A program made the position numbers and the translations under genes. DNA of 33,512 nucleotides from a virus (lineage: Duplodnaviria > Caudoviricetes), in the IMG/VR virus record IMGVR_UViG_3300006169_000108, positions 1 through 33,512 of that record. One strand, written 5' to 3'. Below the pieces are notes generated by a model. It was not told the DNA's origin and made no database searches. It saw only the letters and a list, made by a program, of their open reading frames with translations. Positions 15,627 through 23,011 of this stretch are shown here, piece after piece. Each line of letters starts with the position of its first letter. Position 1 is the stretch's first letter.

Positions 15627-16820
15627 ATGGACACCCTCACCCTGCCCACGCAGACCCGCATCACCAAGGAGCAGCAGCGCCTCAACGAGATCGAGGCGAT
15701 CTTCCGCCGCTTCATGCACTTCCCCCACGAGCACGCCTACACGGTCGCCACCCTGTGGGTCGCCCACACCCACCTGCGCGACAAGGAAGAGAACTTCCTT
15801 CCCTACGTCACGCCCCGCCTGTATTTCGGTTCGAAGCGACCCGGTTGCGGCAAGACGCAAGCCATGGAACTCGCCGCGCTGATGAGCTTCAACGGCGAGC
15901 TCACGCTGAACCCCACCGAGCCGGGCCTGGTGTCCAAGTTCCACAACGACAAGGCCACCGTGTGCCTCACCGAGATCGACAAGTTTTTCGGTGAGCGCGG
16001 CGGATCGAAGGAGGGCCACAAGGCCGTCATCAACGGCGGCTACCGCCGCAACGCCACCGTGGACCGTGAGCGGGGCGGTGTGACCGAGAAGCGCCGCATC
16101 CACGGGCCGATGGCGCTGGACGGCAAGAACGCCAAGCGCTTCCTGGAGGAGGACGGCCCGTTCGACGCCGTCCGTAGCCGCTCGATTGCGATCATCTTGG
16201 ACCGCAAGCCGGACGACGTGCACGTCGCCGAATACGACCCGCAGCGCGACGAGCAGCGGCTGCGTGCGATTTCGGCTCGCCTGGCCGAGTGGGGCACCCG
16301 CAACGCCCGCCACATCCTGGCGCGCAACATCAACCCGCTGGTCCCCGCCGGCATCAAAAACCGCGACAAGGAAACGTGGCGCGTGCTGTTCCAGGTGGCC
16401 GCGCATGTGGGCGGCGAGTGGGTCGACCGTGTCACGGCCGCCGCGCGGGCGATCGTGCTGGGTGAGTGGGGCGACGACGCGCCCCGCAAGCTGTCCTACG
16501 CCGAGGAGCTTCTCGCCGCCGCACGCGGCGCCTACAGCCCGGATGAGCACTTCCTGCCCACCCGCACCCTCGTGGCCCGCCTGATGGGCGTTGACGGGTG
16601 GTGGCGTCAGGAGTGGTGCTCGCCGCGCGCCGCCTCGATGTCGCTGGCCGACGAGCTGGGCACGTTCGGGGTGGCGGCCACCCGCGAGTACGTGGACGGC
16701 CGCCAGGAACGTGGCTACGCGCTGCTCGAGCTGCTGGACGTCGACGACGAGCCCGAGCCCGAGGACGAGCCGGTGGTGGATGTGGCCGAGTGGGACTGGT
16801 CCGAGCTCGACGACGAGTGA
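15627..16820 (+). CDS. DUF3631-type P-loop ATPase / helicase-like protein
   Basis: LWVAHTH, TPRLYFGSKRPGCGKT (Walker A), CLTEID (degenerate Walker B), INGGY, SRSI, C-terminal wHTH-like region ending RGY. Confidence 0.75.
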   Translation: MDTLTLPTQTRITKEQQRLNEIEAIFRRFMHFPHEHAYTVATLWVAHTHLRDKEENFLPYVTPRLYFGSKRPGCGKTQAMELAALMSFNGELTLNPTEPGLVSKFHNDKATVCLTEIDKFFGERGGSKEGHKAVINGGYRRNATVDRERGGVTEKRRIHGPMALDGKNAKRFLEEDGPFDAVRSRSIAIILDRKPDDVHVAEYDPQRDEQRLRAISARLAEWGTRNARHILARNINPLVPAGIKNRDKETWRVLFQVAAHVGGEWVDRVTAAARAIVLGEWGDDAPRKLSYAEELLAAARGAYSPDEHFLPTRTLVARLMGVDGWWRQEWCSPRAASMSLADELGTFGVAATREYVDGRQERGYALLELLDVDDEPEPEDEPVVDVAEWDWSELDDE

Positions 16821-16866
16821 GACAACCAAGACAACCTCGCGTCGGCAAGACAACCAAGACAACCTC
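16820..16866 (+). repeat. 19-bp direct repeat AGACAACCAAGACAACCTC x2 (four AGACAACC units)
   Basis: 16820-16838 and 16848-16866. Confidence 0.85.
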
Positions 16867-16882
16867 ACGCAAGGAGACCTCG

Positions 16883-17062
16883 ATGAGCATCCCCGCAGAC
16901 CACGTCCGTGTCGGCGACCGTGTCGCCACCCTGGGCCGGGTTACCGCCATCAGCTACGGCGGGCACTGGACGATCCTGACCACCGCTGCCGGCGACTTCC
17001 TCGCCAACGGGTCGATCGTCAACCTGGACCGGCATAGCGCGGTGCATCTGCGCCGGGCGTGA
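16883..17062 (+). CDS. Small hypothetical protein
   Basis: AAGGAG RBS; MSIPADHVRVGDRV... Confidence 0.7.
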   Translation: MSIPADHVRVGDRVATLGRVTAISYGGHWTILTTAAGDFLANGSIVNLDRHSAVHLRRA

Positions 17063-17070
17063 CCGGCGAC

Positions 17071-17110
17071 AGGGCCCCCGCATCTTCCGGGTGTGGGGGC
17101 CTTGCTTTAT
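17071..17110 (+). terminator. Intrinsic terminator
   Basis: AGGGCCCCCGCATC/GGTGTGGGGGCCTT stem plus T-rich tail. Confidence 0.75.
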
Positions 17111-17118
17111 CCCCTGCT

Positions 17119-17130
17119 ATGCGCTAGAGT
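17119..17130 (+). promoter_or_regulatory. ATGCGCTAGAGT motif, copy 3
   Basis: 6 nt before ATG at 17137. Confidence 0.65.
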
Positions 17131-17136
17131 AAGCCC

Positions 17137-17424
17137 ATGAGCAAGAGGACCCGCCGCCGCCGCCCCTTCGCCACCCGCGACGCCAGCACCGGCGCCACCC
17201 TCCTCATCCTCTGGGCCCTCCTCGTCGCCCCCTTCTACGTCTGCTACTGGCTCATCGCCGGCCCCATCAAGCTCGTCATCTGGGCCGTGCGACAGATCAA
17301 CGAAGGCGACGCACGCCACCGCGCACGCACCGGCACCCTCACCTACGCAGACCTCCGCAACGACGCCGAACGCGCCGCGTGGAACCAGGCCTACGCAGCC
17401 CAACTCGCCCGCCAGACCCGCTGA
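17137..17424 (+). CDS. Small membrane protein
   Basis: Hydrophobic stretch LLILWALLVAPFYVCYWLIAG; leaderless start. Confidence 0.7.
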   Translation: MSKRTRRRRPFATRDASTGATLLILWALLVAPFYVCYWLIAGPIKLVIWAVRQINEGDARHRARTGTLTYADLRNDAERAAWNQAYAAQLARQTR

Positions 17425-17444
17425 CCCCACACAGGGAGACCGAC

Positions 17445-17615
17445 ATGAACCCCAACCGCGAAATCCCCAGCGGCCTGCGCTGCCACGACTGCGGCGAAAA
17501 CCTCTCCAGCGTCGTCCACAACGGCTGGGCCACCCTCATCCACACCAGCCACCGCACCGACCACCCCGTCCGCTACCGCGTCACCGCCCAAGCCTGGACG
17601 CAGGCCGGCCGCTAG
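17445..17615 (+). CDS. Small CxxC protein
   Basis: GGGAG RBS; CHDC. Confidence 0.65.
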   Translation: MNPNREIPSGLRCHDCGENLSSVVHNGWATLIHTSHRTDHPVRYRVTAQAWTQAGR

Positions 17616-17649
17616 ACCCGCTGACCCCTCACAGACAGGAGCACCGACC

Positions 17650-17823
17650 ATGACCGGCCTCGAAGCCCTCACCCCCTACGAGCTCGCCATGACCTACCGC
17701 GACGTCGCCACCGAACGCTGCACCACCTGGGAGCAGGACGACCGCCGGCAGCGCTACCTCGCCCGCATCAGCGCCGAAATGGACCGGCGTGACGTCCGAC
17801 TCGAGGACTGGGCCGGGCTGTAA
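17650..17823 (+). CDS. Small hypothetical protein (57 aa), absent from the ORF track
   Basis: AGGAG RBS; MTGLEALTPYELAMTYRDVA...DWAGL. Confidence 0.7.
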   Translation: MTGLEALTPYELAMTYRDVATERCTTWEQDDRRQRYLARISAEMDRRDVRLEDWAGL

Positions 17824-17838
17824 CCCCCGCTGCGTTCG

Positions 17839-17875
17839 GCGGCCCGCACCCCCTGGTGCGGGCCGCTTTTCGTTT
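17839..17875 (+). terminator. Intrinsic terminator
   Basis: GCGGCCCGCACC/GGTGCGGGCCGC stem plus TTTTCGTTT. Confidence 0.85.
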
Positions 17876-18011
17876 GTCTACGGGTCGGCGTCGTGTCGAC
17901 GCGTGGCTGTAGAACGTGCGGACGACGTCTAAGTGGGAGTGGACTCCCCTATCTCCGTATGCTATGCTCTAAATCAGCACGCAGGACAGGCCCTCTCGCT
18001 AGGAGAAGAAC

Positions 18012-18149
18012 ATGCTCGAGCACTTCGTTCTCGTCCACGCCGGCAGTGGGCGCGCCCTCTACGCGCACCCCAGCTTGGCGGCAGCCAAGGCGCAGCTCGC
18101 CGCCGAGTTCAGCCCCGGTCACGTCGTCATCGAGCGTCGCTGGCTCTAG
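18012..18149 (+). CDS. Small hypothetical protein (45 aa), absent from the ORF track
   Basis: AGGAG RBS; MLEHFVLVHAGSGRALYAHPSLAAAKAQL...RRWL. Confidence 0.65.
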   Translation: MLEHFVLVHAGSGRALYAHPSLAAAKAQLAAEFSPGHVVIERRWL

Positions 18150-18153
18150 ATCA

Positions 18154-18197
18154 CGGCAGGGCCCCTGTGATGGTCAATCGGGGGCCCTGCCGGTTTT
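18154..18197 (+). terminator. Intrinsic terminator
   Basis: CGGCAGGGCCCC/GGGGCCCTGCCG stem plus GTTTT. Confidence 0.75.
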
Positions 18198-18247
18198 CCT
18201 CGCCAGCCGACACCAACCAGCACCCGCCCTCTCACGCAGGAGAAACC

Positions 18248-18415
18248 ATGCAGGTCCAGTACCAGGTCCGCAGCAACGCCGGCCAGGTCATGTACCAGTC
18301 CCCCGACGTCGATGACGCCCAGGACAGCGCCGACGACTACGCCGCCCAGGGCTGGCGCGTGTATGTCACGTTCGTCGAGCTCATCGACGGCCAGTGGGTC
18401 GCCCAGGAGGACTGA
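18248..18415 (+). CDS. Small hypothetical protein
   Basis: AGGAG RBS; MQVQYQVRSN... Confidence 0.7.
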   Translation: MQVQYQVRSNAGQVMYQSPDVDDAQDSADDYAAQGWRVYVTFVELIDGQWVAQED

Positions 18416-18459
18416 CCACCCCCGCACACCTTCCGCCCCTCTCACCAGCAGGAGAAATC

Positions 18460-18699
18460 ATGAGCCAGAACTCGCACACCACCCGCATCAACCAGACCGC
18501 CGAGTTCCTCCCGCAGACCAACGACGACGAGCGGCCGGCCCTCCGCGTCAACGACGCGCTCGTCTTCGCCTACCTCACCGAGGACGACGGGGGCAACGTC
18601 GTCCTGCGCGTCACCGTGGACCTCGACGACGTGGAGCTCGACGGGGCACCCCTGGGTGTCCAGGTCGCGGTGGGCGACGAGGTGGTCTACGAGGCCTGA
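18460..18699 (+). CDS. Small acidic hypothetical protein
   Basis: AGGAG RBS; MSQNSHTTRIN... Confidence 0.7.
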   Translation: MSQNSHTTRINQTAEFLPQTNDDERPALRVNDALVFAYLTEDDGGNVVLRVTVDLDDVELDGAPLGVQVAVGDEVVYEA

Positions 18700-18717
18700 C
18701 CGCTCCACCCACACCAC

Positions 18718-18751
18718 GACGGCCCCCCAGAGACCACCTGGGGGGCCGTTT
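18718..18751. terminator. Terminator between convergent arms
   Basis: ACGGCCCCCCAG/CTGGGGGGCCGT stem plus TT. Confidence 0.75.
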
Positions 18752-18823
18752 GCGTGTCCCGGGGGCAAGGACGCCGACGGAGGAGGTGTCCGCGGCAGTA
18801 CCGGTGTCAGCGGGCGCCGTCGG

Positions 18824-19015
18824 TTAGCTGTCCGGTGTCGCGCTGGTGGCGGTGATCTGGGTCAACCGGGCCCCATGCCGGGAGCGCCAGTCGACCCTGG
18901 TTTTGACGTGGAGGACGGTGTCGTCGGGGAGGCCGGCGTGGACGAGCTCAGCATGGAAGGCGCGAAGGTCGGCCAGGGTTTCGATGTCGCGGGTGATCAC
19001 CATGTGGGTGGGCAC
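18824..19015 (-). CDS. Small hypothetical protein
   Basis: AAGGA RBS; last gene of the early arm. Confidence 0.6.
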   Translation of the reverse strand: MPTHMVITRDIETLADLRAFHAELVHAGLPDDTVLHVKTRVDWRSRHGARLTQITATSATPDS

Positions 19016-19019
19016 GGGG

Positions 19020-19214
19020 CTAGTCCTTGGATCGAAGGCCGTGGAGGAACGCGAAGAACAGCAGCGCCGATGCGCCGGTGGCGACCACTGAACCGGCCAG
19101 CAGGATTTGCGGCTTGTCGAGGATGATGCCGACCACCACCGACAGGACCAGCACACCGACCAGTAGGGCCATGCACTCCTTGACGGCCTTGAAGGCGCGG
19201 TCCTCCGGTGTCAT
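19020..19214 (-). CDS. Small two-helix membrane protein
   Basis: AGGAG RBS; two hydrophobic segments. Confidence 0.7.
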   Translation of the reverse strand: MTPEDRAFKAVKECMALLVGVLVLSVVVGIILDKPQILLAGSVVATGASALLFFAFLHGLRSKD

Positions 19215-19753
19215 GTCGTCTCCTGGGTGTAGGCGGGTTCGGCCCACGCTTCCGGGCAGGTGATCCACCAGCAGGACCGGTGCACCACCGTCACCCCGTC
19301 CACCAGCTCGTCGTCCCAGATCCAGTGCCAGCCGACGTGCCCGGCGGGACAGTGGGTGTGCGGTTCGAACGAGCGGTCGGTGACCGGTTCGCGGGCCATG
19401 AGCTCGCGGCGCTGGGCCCTGGCGGACAGGAGACGCTCGCTGGCCGCGAGGATCGACCCGCCTGCGTACCGCCACGCCTCGCGCCACGCTCGGTCCTCGA
19501 GCTGCTGGAGCTGCTGGGCGCGTCGCTGGAACGCGGGGTCTCGCAGCTCGAGGGGTAGCGCCGCCGGAAGGTCGGGTGGGGGCTCGTCGGCCGGTGTGGC
19601 GAGTTCACGGCAGCGTGCCGCGAATTTTTCATCGGACAGCGCCGCGTGATCGGAGCCGGTGTCGCGGAGACGTCGACCAAGTCGCCAGGATGGCACTGCG
19701 GTGACCGCGAGCATGGCTATGACGGCCAGGGAGACGACCAGCAGCATTGTCAT
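19211..19753 (-). CDS. Membrane-anchored protein with C-terminal Cys/His cluster
   Basis: N-terminal TM; HCPAGHVGWHW...RSCWWITC. Confidence 0.6.
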   Translation of the reverse strand: MTMLLVVSLAVIAMLAVTAVPSWRLGRRLRDTGSDHAALSDEKFAARCRELATPADEPPPDLPAALPLELRDPAFQRRAQQLQQLEDRAWREAWRYAGGSILAASERLLSARAQRRELMAREPVTDRSFEPHTHCPAGHVGWHWIWDDELVDGVTVVHRSCWWITCPEAWAEPAYTQETT

Positions 19754-19763
19754 CGGAGCCGGT

Positions 19764-20264
19764 TCAGCTGCGTCGTAGCCGTCGCCCGCGCCCGGGGGGT
19801 CGCCGGTCGAGGACGGCCTGGCCGGCATCGGAGCCGGCGTCGGAGAGCTTCTCCCGCCGTGCCGCGACCGGGTCGAATTCGGGTGGCGGGGGTGGCGGTT
19901 CGGGGTAGGTGCGTTGCTTCTCGGGTGGGAGCCGGTGGGTGGTGTAGTGGGCGCGGAGGTCGTCATCGGACGCGCCTTCGTCGGCGAGCTGCTGGAGCTG
20001 CTGGGCGCGGGCGATGCGCTCTTGGGTGAGGCCTTCGACGATTTGGAAGGTGAAGGATTGCCCGTCGGCTGCGAAGGTGGTTTTGGCTTTCATGCCGTTG
20101 CGTCGGGCCCACTGTTGGGCGGTGACGCGGGTGGTGTCGGTGCGGCCTTCGTAGTCTTCGCCTTTGACGAGCTCATGGGTGTGGCCGTCGCACCAGCGTT
20201 CCCAGCCGATGAGGCGTCCGCGGGTGTTGGTGGTGGTGTCGGGGTCGTCGAGGCGGCGGCTCAT
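19764..20264 (-). CDS. Hypothetical protein, possibly DNA-binding
   Basis: AAGGA RBS; WERWCDG...LVKGEDY...QWARRNG. Confidence 0.6.
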   Translation of the reverse strand: MSRRLDDPDTTTNTRGRLIGWERWCDGHTHELVKGEDYEGRTDTTRVTAQQWARRNGMKAKTTFAADGQSFTFQIVEGLTQERIARAQQLQQLADEGASDDDLRAHYTTHRLPPEKQRTYPEPPPPPPEFDPVAARREKLSDAGSDAGQAVLDRRPPGRGRRLRRS

Positions 20265-20347
20265 GGGTGTCCTTGTTTGATGTAGGGCATCACTCGCATA
20301 CTTTACGGCGTTGCGGGCCTGGGGGCCAGACGTCATCGGAGGCCGGG

Positions 20348-20584
20348 TCACTGCAGGCCCACGATGATGTCCCGGGCGGCCTGCCGGAGGCGCTGCTCGA
20401 TGAACAGCTCCCCTCGTAGCTCCTCGGCCACGTCCTGCACCTCGCCGTCGCGGGCAGCTCGCACGATGCGTGCCGCGCGGGCGCTCGACAGGTGCGGGAG
20501 CTCGTAGCCGCACACGACGGTGTCGGCCATGACGGCATCGGAGAGTTCGACGTCTCGCGGTCCACTCGGACCTCCCACTGTCAT
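20348..20584 (-). CDS. Hypothetical protein
   Basis: ORF in the operon frame. Confidence 0.5.
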   Translation of the reverse strand: MTVGGPSGPRDVELSDAVMADTVVCGYELPHLSSARAARIVRAARDGEVQDVAEELRGELFIEQRLRQAARDIIVGLQ

Positions 20585-20591
20585 CGGACGG

Positions 20592-20861
20592 TCACCCGGT
20601 GACCCCAGGGTGCCGATTCCCGGCCCCTGAGCGCGTCCCTGAGCGCCTCGTAGGTCTTCCTGGTGTAAGGGGCGCGAGGCAGGGGTCCGGAGGCGTCTGA
20701 GAGCCACTCATCGGAGCATCGAGCCCCAACGCTTCGAGCAGCACCGCGCAGTCGTCGACGTCGCGGGCGTGCCGGGCCACCGTCAATCGCGCCCGGTGAG
20801 CCTGATCCGGGCTGACGTGTGGGGTGGAGTCGAGTTGCGCGCCGACGTCGAGATCGCTCAC
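20592..20861 (-). CDS. Hypothetical protein
   Basis: AAGGAG RBS, GTGA overlap; ARLTVARHARDVDDCAVLLEALGL. Confidence 0.6.
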   Translation of the reverse strand: MSDLDVGAQLDSTPHVSPDQAHRARLTVARHARDVDDCAVLLEALGLDAPMSGSQTPPDPCLAPLTPGRPTRRSGTRSGAGNRHPGVTG

Positions 20862-21031
20862 GAGTGCAGCTCCTTGGTCGAGTCGTGGGGGTCGGGTGGG
20901 TAGTCGCCGGCCTCGAGTCGTTCCCGGGCTTGGCGGGTGATGTCGGGGTCGCCGTGCGCCCAGCTCCACGTGACCGGACGCTCCGGCGGGTCGGTCAGCG
21001 TGGAGCGGGCCGTGTGGGCGGTGGGGTTCAC
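20858..21031 (-). CDS. Small hypothetical protein
   Basis: Coupled overlaps on both sides. Confidence 0.5.
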   Translation of the reverse strand: MNPTAHTARSTLTDPPERPVTWSWAHGDPDITRQARERLEAGDYPPDPHDSTKELHS

Positions 21032-21234
21032 GACCCGAACTCCGAAGCTCGCCACCGCACCGGAGCGCCGGTGTGCGGGTTGAGCCCGTAGTGCTCCGGG
21101 TCGTGCTCACCGTCGGCGTGGGGGCGCAGTTGGCAGCGGGTGTCGTCGGAGTCCGGGAACGGGGCGTCGCACACCTCACCGGCCGGGTCGGCGTGAACGC
21201 GAGCACCACAGTTGGGGCAGTCGAACACGCTCAC
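21028..21234 (-). CDS. Small Cys/His protein
   Basis: CPNC...C...CQLRPHADGEH; GTGA overlap. Confidence 0.6.
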   Translation of the reverse strand: MSVFDCPNCGARVHADPAGEVCDAPFPDSDDTRCQLRPHADGEHDPEHYGLNPHTGAPVRWRASEFGS

Positions 21235-21602
21235 GCGGCCGGCTCCCCCGGGGTGAGGGGTTCGCCGTAGCCGGCCGCTCGCAGCAGTCCCGCGGCCTGT
21301 TCGACGGTCATCACCACGTACCACTGGGTGGGGTCGCCGACGCCGCGCCGCTTGTGGACCAGCACCGCGTGGTCCGCGTTGCCGGCCACACGCTGGGTTT
21401 CGGTGTCAGCCAGCCACACCCCGTAGGACGGTGACCCGACGTCTTTGACTTGCGCCATGACCCCGGGGGCCAACCACATGTCGCCGTGATCGTCAGGGTG
21501 CCCGGCCCGGGTGCGTTCGCAGTGGGGGAACCCGAGGGTGCGGAACGCGTCGCGGACCTTCCGTTCGGCGATGTCACCTTTGCGCTTGTTCGGGTTGCTC
21601 AT
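21231..21602 (-). CDS. Holliday junction resolvase (PD-(D/E)XK type)
   Basis: NPNKRKGDIAE, DHGD, AQVKD, LVHKRRG...WYVVMT. Confidence 0.8.
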   Translation of the reverse strand: MSNPNKRKGDIAERKVRDAFRTLGFPHCERTRAGHPDDHGDMWLAPGVMAQVKDVGSPSYGVWLADTETQRVAGNADHAVLVHKRRGVGDPTQWYVVMTVEQAAGLLRAAGYGEPLTPGEPAA

Positions 21603-22237
21603 GCGGCGTCCTCGAGGTCGGCGTGGCGGGCGCGGTGGCGGGTGACGGTGCGTTCGGTGATCCCGAGCGCTTCAGCGATCTGTTCGGCGGTACGCCCGGC
21701 GCGGGTGTGTTCGACGATGCGGCCGTGCAGCTCGGCGTCGCGGCGGCGGGTGCCGATGGGGCGGGCCACACCGGACGGGTGGGCGTGCGGGTCGTCGATG
21801 TCGTCCCACGCCAGTAGCGGCACGAACTTCTCGCGCCGCGCCCAGTTCCGGATGCGGGTGCTCTGCGAGCTCACCGGAGGGTTGCTCAGGGCGAGCCGTT
21901 CCAGCACCGGGGCCATGCGGGCGTGGCCGCTGGTGGTCACTTTCGGGCGGATACGTCGCCGTAACCGGTTGATCGCCCACCCGGTGACGCCGAGCTGCTG
22001 CCCGATCTGCACACCGGACCAGCCCATCAGGTGGCAGGCCTCGATGCGCCGGGCGATGCCGGTGGAGTCGACCAGCCGGGGCTGGTTGCGGCCTTCGCGG
22101 AGCCGCTTCTTGTACAGCCGGTGTCCTTCGCGGGCTTTGCCGGATCGGCAGCCGTACCGGTGCGCGCTGTAGGTGTCGTGAGAGCCGGCCGGGCAGGTGT
22201 CGTCCTGGGGGCAGTGCCAGGGTCGTGGATCAGTCAC
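21599..22237 (-). CDS. HTH DNA-binding protein, candidate late regulator
   Basis: H...YGCRS N-terminus; two HTH motifs (GWSGVQIGQQLG; TAEQIAEALGITERTVTRHR). Confidence 0.75.
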   Translation of the reverse strand: MTDPRPWHCPQDDTCPAGSHDTYSAHRYGCRSGKAREGHRLYKKRLREGRNQPRLVDSTGIARRIEACHLMGWSGVQIGQQLGVTGWAINRLRRRIRPKVTTSGHARMAPVLERLALSNPPVSSQSTRIRNWARREKFVPLLAWDDIDDPHAHPSGVARPIGTRRRDAELHGRIVEHTRAGRTAEQIAEALGITERTVTRHRARHADLEDAA

Positions 22238-22277
22238 TGAATCTCCTTCGATGAGACGGTCGCCGGGCCATGGCAGC

Positions 22278-22590
22278 GCGCAGCCGCGAAGCGGAGCGAG
22301 AGCGGCGGAGCGCATCGCCCTCGCCCACTCCACGACCCCCTCCCCCCTACGGGGAGCGCGCGCGCGTGCCCGCGTGCATGATCGACTGTTCGTTGTCAAG
22401 AAAAAATCCGTGGAGTCGGTGACGATCTCGGTCGAAGACCGTGGAGTCGCCTGACCTGCCCTAATGGATGGCACCGTGGAGTTCATCGGAGGGCACTCCA
22501 CGGACACTGGATGGGCGGCAAGATCACGACACCTGGCGCGTGGACTATAGAAAAAAGTTGCGTGGAGTACACTTCTAGGACTCCATGCGG
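22278..22590. other. Putative replication origin: CGTGGAGT iterons, A-tracts and a GNA hairpin cluster
   Basis: CCGTGGAGT at 22408, 22439, 22474; CGTGGAGT at 22561; inverted copies at 22327 and 22495; four GCGNAGC in 22278-22311. Confidence 0.6.
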
Positions 22591-22967
22591 GGGGCCACGT
22601 AGCGGTGCTCGAACCCTCGACGAGCTCGCGCGGACGGCACCTGCAGCACCTGGATCAGGCCGTCATCCACTGCGCGCTGAAGCTTCCGCCGCACCCGCTC
22701 CACCGCCGCATCGGTAGGCCGTCCACCAGGGACGAGACGGTCGGTGACCTCACGGGCCGACCACTCCCTCTCGGGTTCACCGAGCACCACGCTCGTCGGG
22801 TCAGTGTCAGAGGGAAGATCAGCGCGCTCTGGCTCGACCACGGCGACCGCCATGCATGCATGCACCACCGACGTCCATGCGTGGACCGCGTCCCACGACC
22901 CCAGTTCGGCTGCGTGCTCCGCCTCGGTGGCGGCCACCTGTGCCCGGCGCACAAACCCCATATCCAT
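22575..22967 (-). CDS. Stand-alone paralogue of the helicase C-terminal (wHTH-like) domain
   Basis: REWSAREV...PTDAAVERVRRKLQRAVDDG versus helicase REWSARDV...PTDAAVERVRRRLSTAVDRG; -10 TATCAT 6 nt before ATG. Confidence 0.75.
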   Translation of the reverse strand: MDMGFVRRAQVAATEAEHAAELGSWDAVHAWTSVVHACMAVAVVEPERADLPSDTDPTSVVLGEPEREWSAREVTDRLVPGGRPTDAAVERVRRKLQRAVDDGLIQVLQVPSARARRGFEHRYVAPRMES

Positions 22968-23011
22968 GGGAATATGATAGCACGTATCCACACATATCCC
23001 CACGGTGTGGG

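Noticed and set aside
15570-16868. 432-aa minus-strand ORF opposite the DUF3631-type gene
   Set aside because: Antisense shadow; the + strand carries the RBS and Walker A motif.
22238-22507. N-terminal extension of the 21599-22507 ORF
   Set aside because: Runs through the iteron region; a GAAGGAG RBS supports the GTG at 22237.
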